Below, one piece after another: positions 62,733 to 64,000 of a stretch of 64,000 nt of DNA. Location of the stretch: positions 288,001 through 352,000 of the forward strand of contig CBDCUI010000009.1 of assembly GCA_965222615.1 (NCBI GenBank), written 5' to 3'. The notes under the pieces were generated by a model. That model ran no database searches. It saw only the letters and a program-made list of their open reading frames with translations, and was not told the origin of the DNA. Position 1 is the first letter of the stretch; the number at the start of each line of letters is the position of its first letter. The DNA is from Gammaproteobacteria bacterium. Its GTDB lineage: Bacteria; Pseudomonadota; Gammaproteobacteria; UBA4575. The translations under genes were made by a program, and so were the position numbers.

Positions 62733-62900
62733 CTGAGGTAAAGCATAAACGGGGGCAAGGATTTATTAAAACATTAGAAATGCTTTAGCCCCTATTCAGA
62801 CCATTAGTAGAGTAATTACATTTAATAAATACAAACAATATCTTTTCTTAAGCCCAAGCTCCCGTTATACTTTTTACGTCTATAGCGAAAACATATAGAT

Positions 62901-63311
62901 GTGAGCTTCAGCGATTTCATACTTAGTATTCTTGTTCTAGCCGGAATTTGCTTTGTCCTATGGGTCATGGATATCAATCCCTTTACTAAGCAATTACAGA
63001 TCTACAATCAAACATGCACAGAAATGATTTTAGATAACACCTATTGCAAAGGAGAATGGGTGGATAATCCGGTTGCTACTTACAACGTTGATAAAGCTTC
63101 TAATCAAGTAACGACATCGAACGGCGCCCAATTTAGCAATTGCACAGTAATTGATCGAAAAAACTGGGAATGTTTAGTAACGGATACGTCTGAAATAATT
63201 CAAGCAAAAAATGGGAAAGTTATCCTCGAAAACAAAGACCAGAATAGCAAACGTCAGATAACACGTTTAGAATGGTTGCAAAATAAGTTACTGGCTAAAA
63301 TCAGTCAGTAA
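62901..63311 (+). CDS. Hypothetical membrane-anchored protein
   Basis: N-terminal transmembrane helix; CTVIDRKNWEC. Confidence 0.65.
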   Translation: MSFSDFILSILVLAGICFVLWVMDINPFTKQLQIYNQTCTEMILDNTYCKGEWVDNPVATYNVDKASNQVTTSNGAQFSNCTVIDRKNWECLVTDTSEIIQAKNGKVILENKDQNSKRQITRLEWLQNKLLAKISQ

Positions 63312-63347
63312 ATATAAAAAATTAGTGTTTTTCGTTGTTATTACCCA

Positions 63348-63491
63348 AGAAGCCCTGATTTATTAATGAAATGACTGAGATTAGGCTAAATGATTTCGAA
63401 AAAACGCAGTGTATATACTCATACATGAGTATTTTGAGAAATCATTACTAATTTACCTTTTTGGGACATATCAGAATAAATCAGAGCTTCT
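63348..63491. mobile_element. 144-bp MITE, copy 2 (inverted relative to copy 1)
   Basis: AGAAGCCCTGATTTATT...AATAAATCAGAGCTTCT; reverse complement aligns without gaps to 13321-13464. Confidence 0.85.
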
Positions 63492-63509
63492 CTAAATAGA
63501 TTGTTTCTT

Positions 63510-63854
63510 ATGAGTGAAACTACCATATTTGCAAAAATCGTAAATAAGGAAATTCCAGCCGATATTATTTTTGAAGATGATCTTTGCCTTGCCTTCAAAG
63601 ATGTAAATCCTCAAGCCCCTACACATATTCTTATCATCCCTAAAAAACCCATACCTAAACTCGTTGATGCAGATAACGATGACCAAGCACTGCTTGGACA
63701 CTTGCTTTTAACTGCAAGGGATATTGCAAAAAAGCTAGATTGCCAAGACGCATTCCGTATTGCTATCAATAACGGCGAACAAGCAGGCCAAACTGTTTTT
63801 CATTTACATGTACATTTGTTGGCAGGCAGACCTTTCAACTGGCCGCCAGGCTAA
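63510..63854 (+). CDS. hinT: HIT-family nucleotide-binding protein
   Basis: TIFAKIV.KEIPA; AGQTVFHLHVHLL (HxHxH); WPPG end. Confidence 0.95.
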   Translation: MSETTIFAKIVNKEIPADIIFEDDLCLAFKDVNPQAPTHILIIPKKPIPKLVDADNDDQALLGHLLLTARDIAKKLDCQDAFRIAINNGEQAGQTVFHLHVHLLAGRPFNWPPG

Positions 63855-63894
63855 ATCCAAAAAAATACAGCCCCTGCTATTTTGACTACATAGT

Positions 63895-64000
63895 TCAGTC
63901 AGCTAACAGTTGTTCGCGGGCTTGCTGTAAGTTTTCACGTTCTTTGGCATCAATAGTCGGAAATTTTAAATTGAGACTATCTAAAGATTCTTTAATGATA
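63895..64000 (-). CDS. C-terminal fragment of a gene running off the window, probably polyphosphate kinase 2 family
   Basis: ...IIKESLDSLNLKFPTIDAKERENLQQAREQLLAD* resembles PPK2 class III C-termini; only about 34 aa visible. Confidence 0.45.
   Translation of the reverse strand, partial: IIKESLDSLNLKFPTIDAKERENLQQAREQLLAD

Overview
AT-rich chromosomal window from a gammaproteobacterium (tmRNA tag ANDDNYALAA; gltX next to tRNA-Ala(GGC)). 1-11.5 kb: type II secretion operon gspC-N. 11.8-13.3 kb: tRNA-Ala and gltX. 13.5-19.7 kb: a tightly packed five-gene operon (HEAT-repeat Ser/Thr kinase, two PilT-family ATPases, retropepsin-like protease, class III nucleotide cyclase-FHA), the best candidate here for an uncharacterised signalling system. 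19.9-32.3 kb: core genes (pgpA, thiL, nusB, rib genes, nrdR, glyA, deacetylase, purL). 32.4 kb: ssrA (tmRNA), then an accessory region with two further copies of the tmRNA 3' end (att-like scars, one followed by a covarying 49-nt hairpin), a dead IS3 element, an integrase-less aminotransferase mini-island, a fimT-pilVWXY1E cassette, an IS30 remnant, a lipoprotein/transglutaminase pair, nitroreductase and photolyase. 50-57 kb: a carnosine-N-methyltransferase-like gene and a three-gene exported CxxCH/LamG/twin-arginine-like operon. 57.7-64 kb: nfeD-qmcA, a DUF6471-like gene with upstream repeats, an mlaC-like gene, small membrane proteins, hinT and a partial PPK2-like gene. A 144-bp MITE occurs twice, each time directly upstream of a gene. 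No CRISPR array or integrase was seen. All calls come from reading motifs by eye; no database searches were run.
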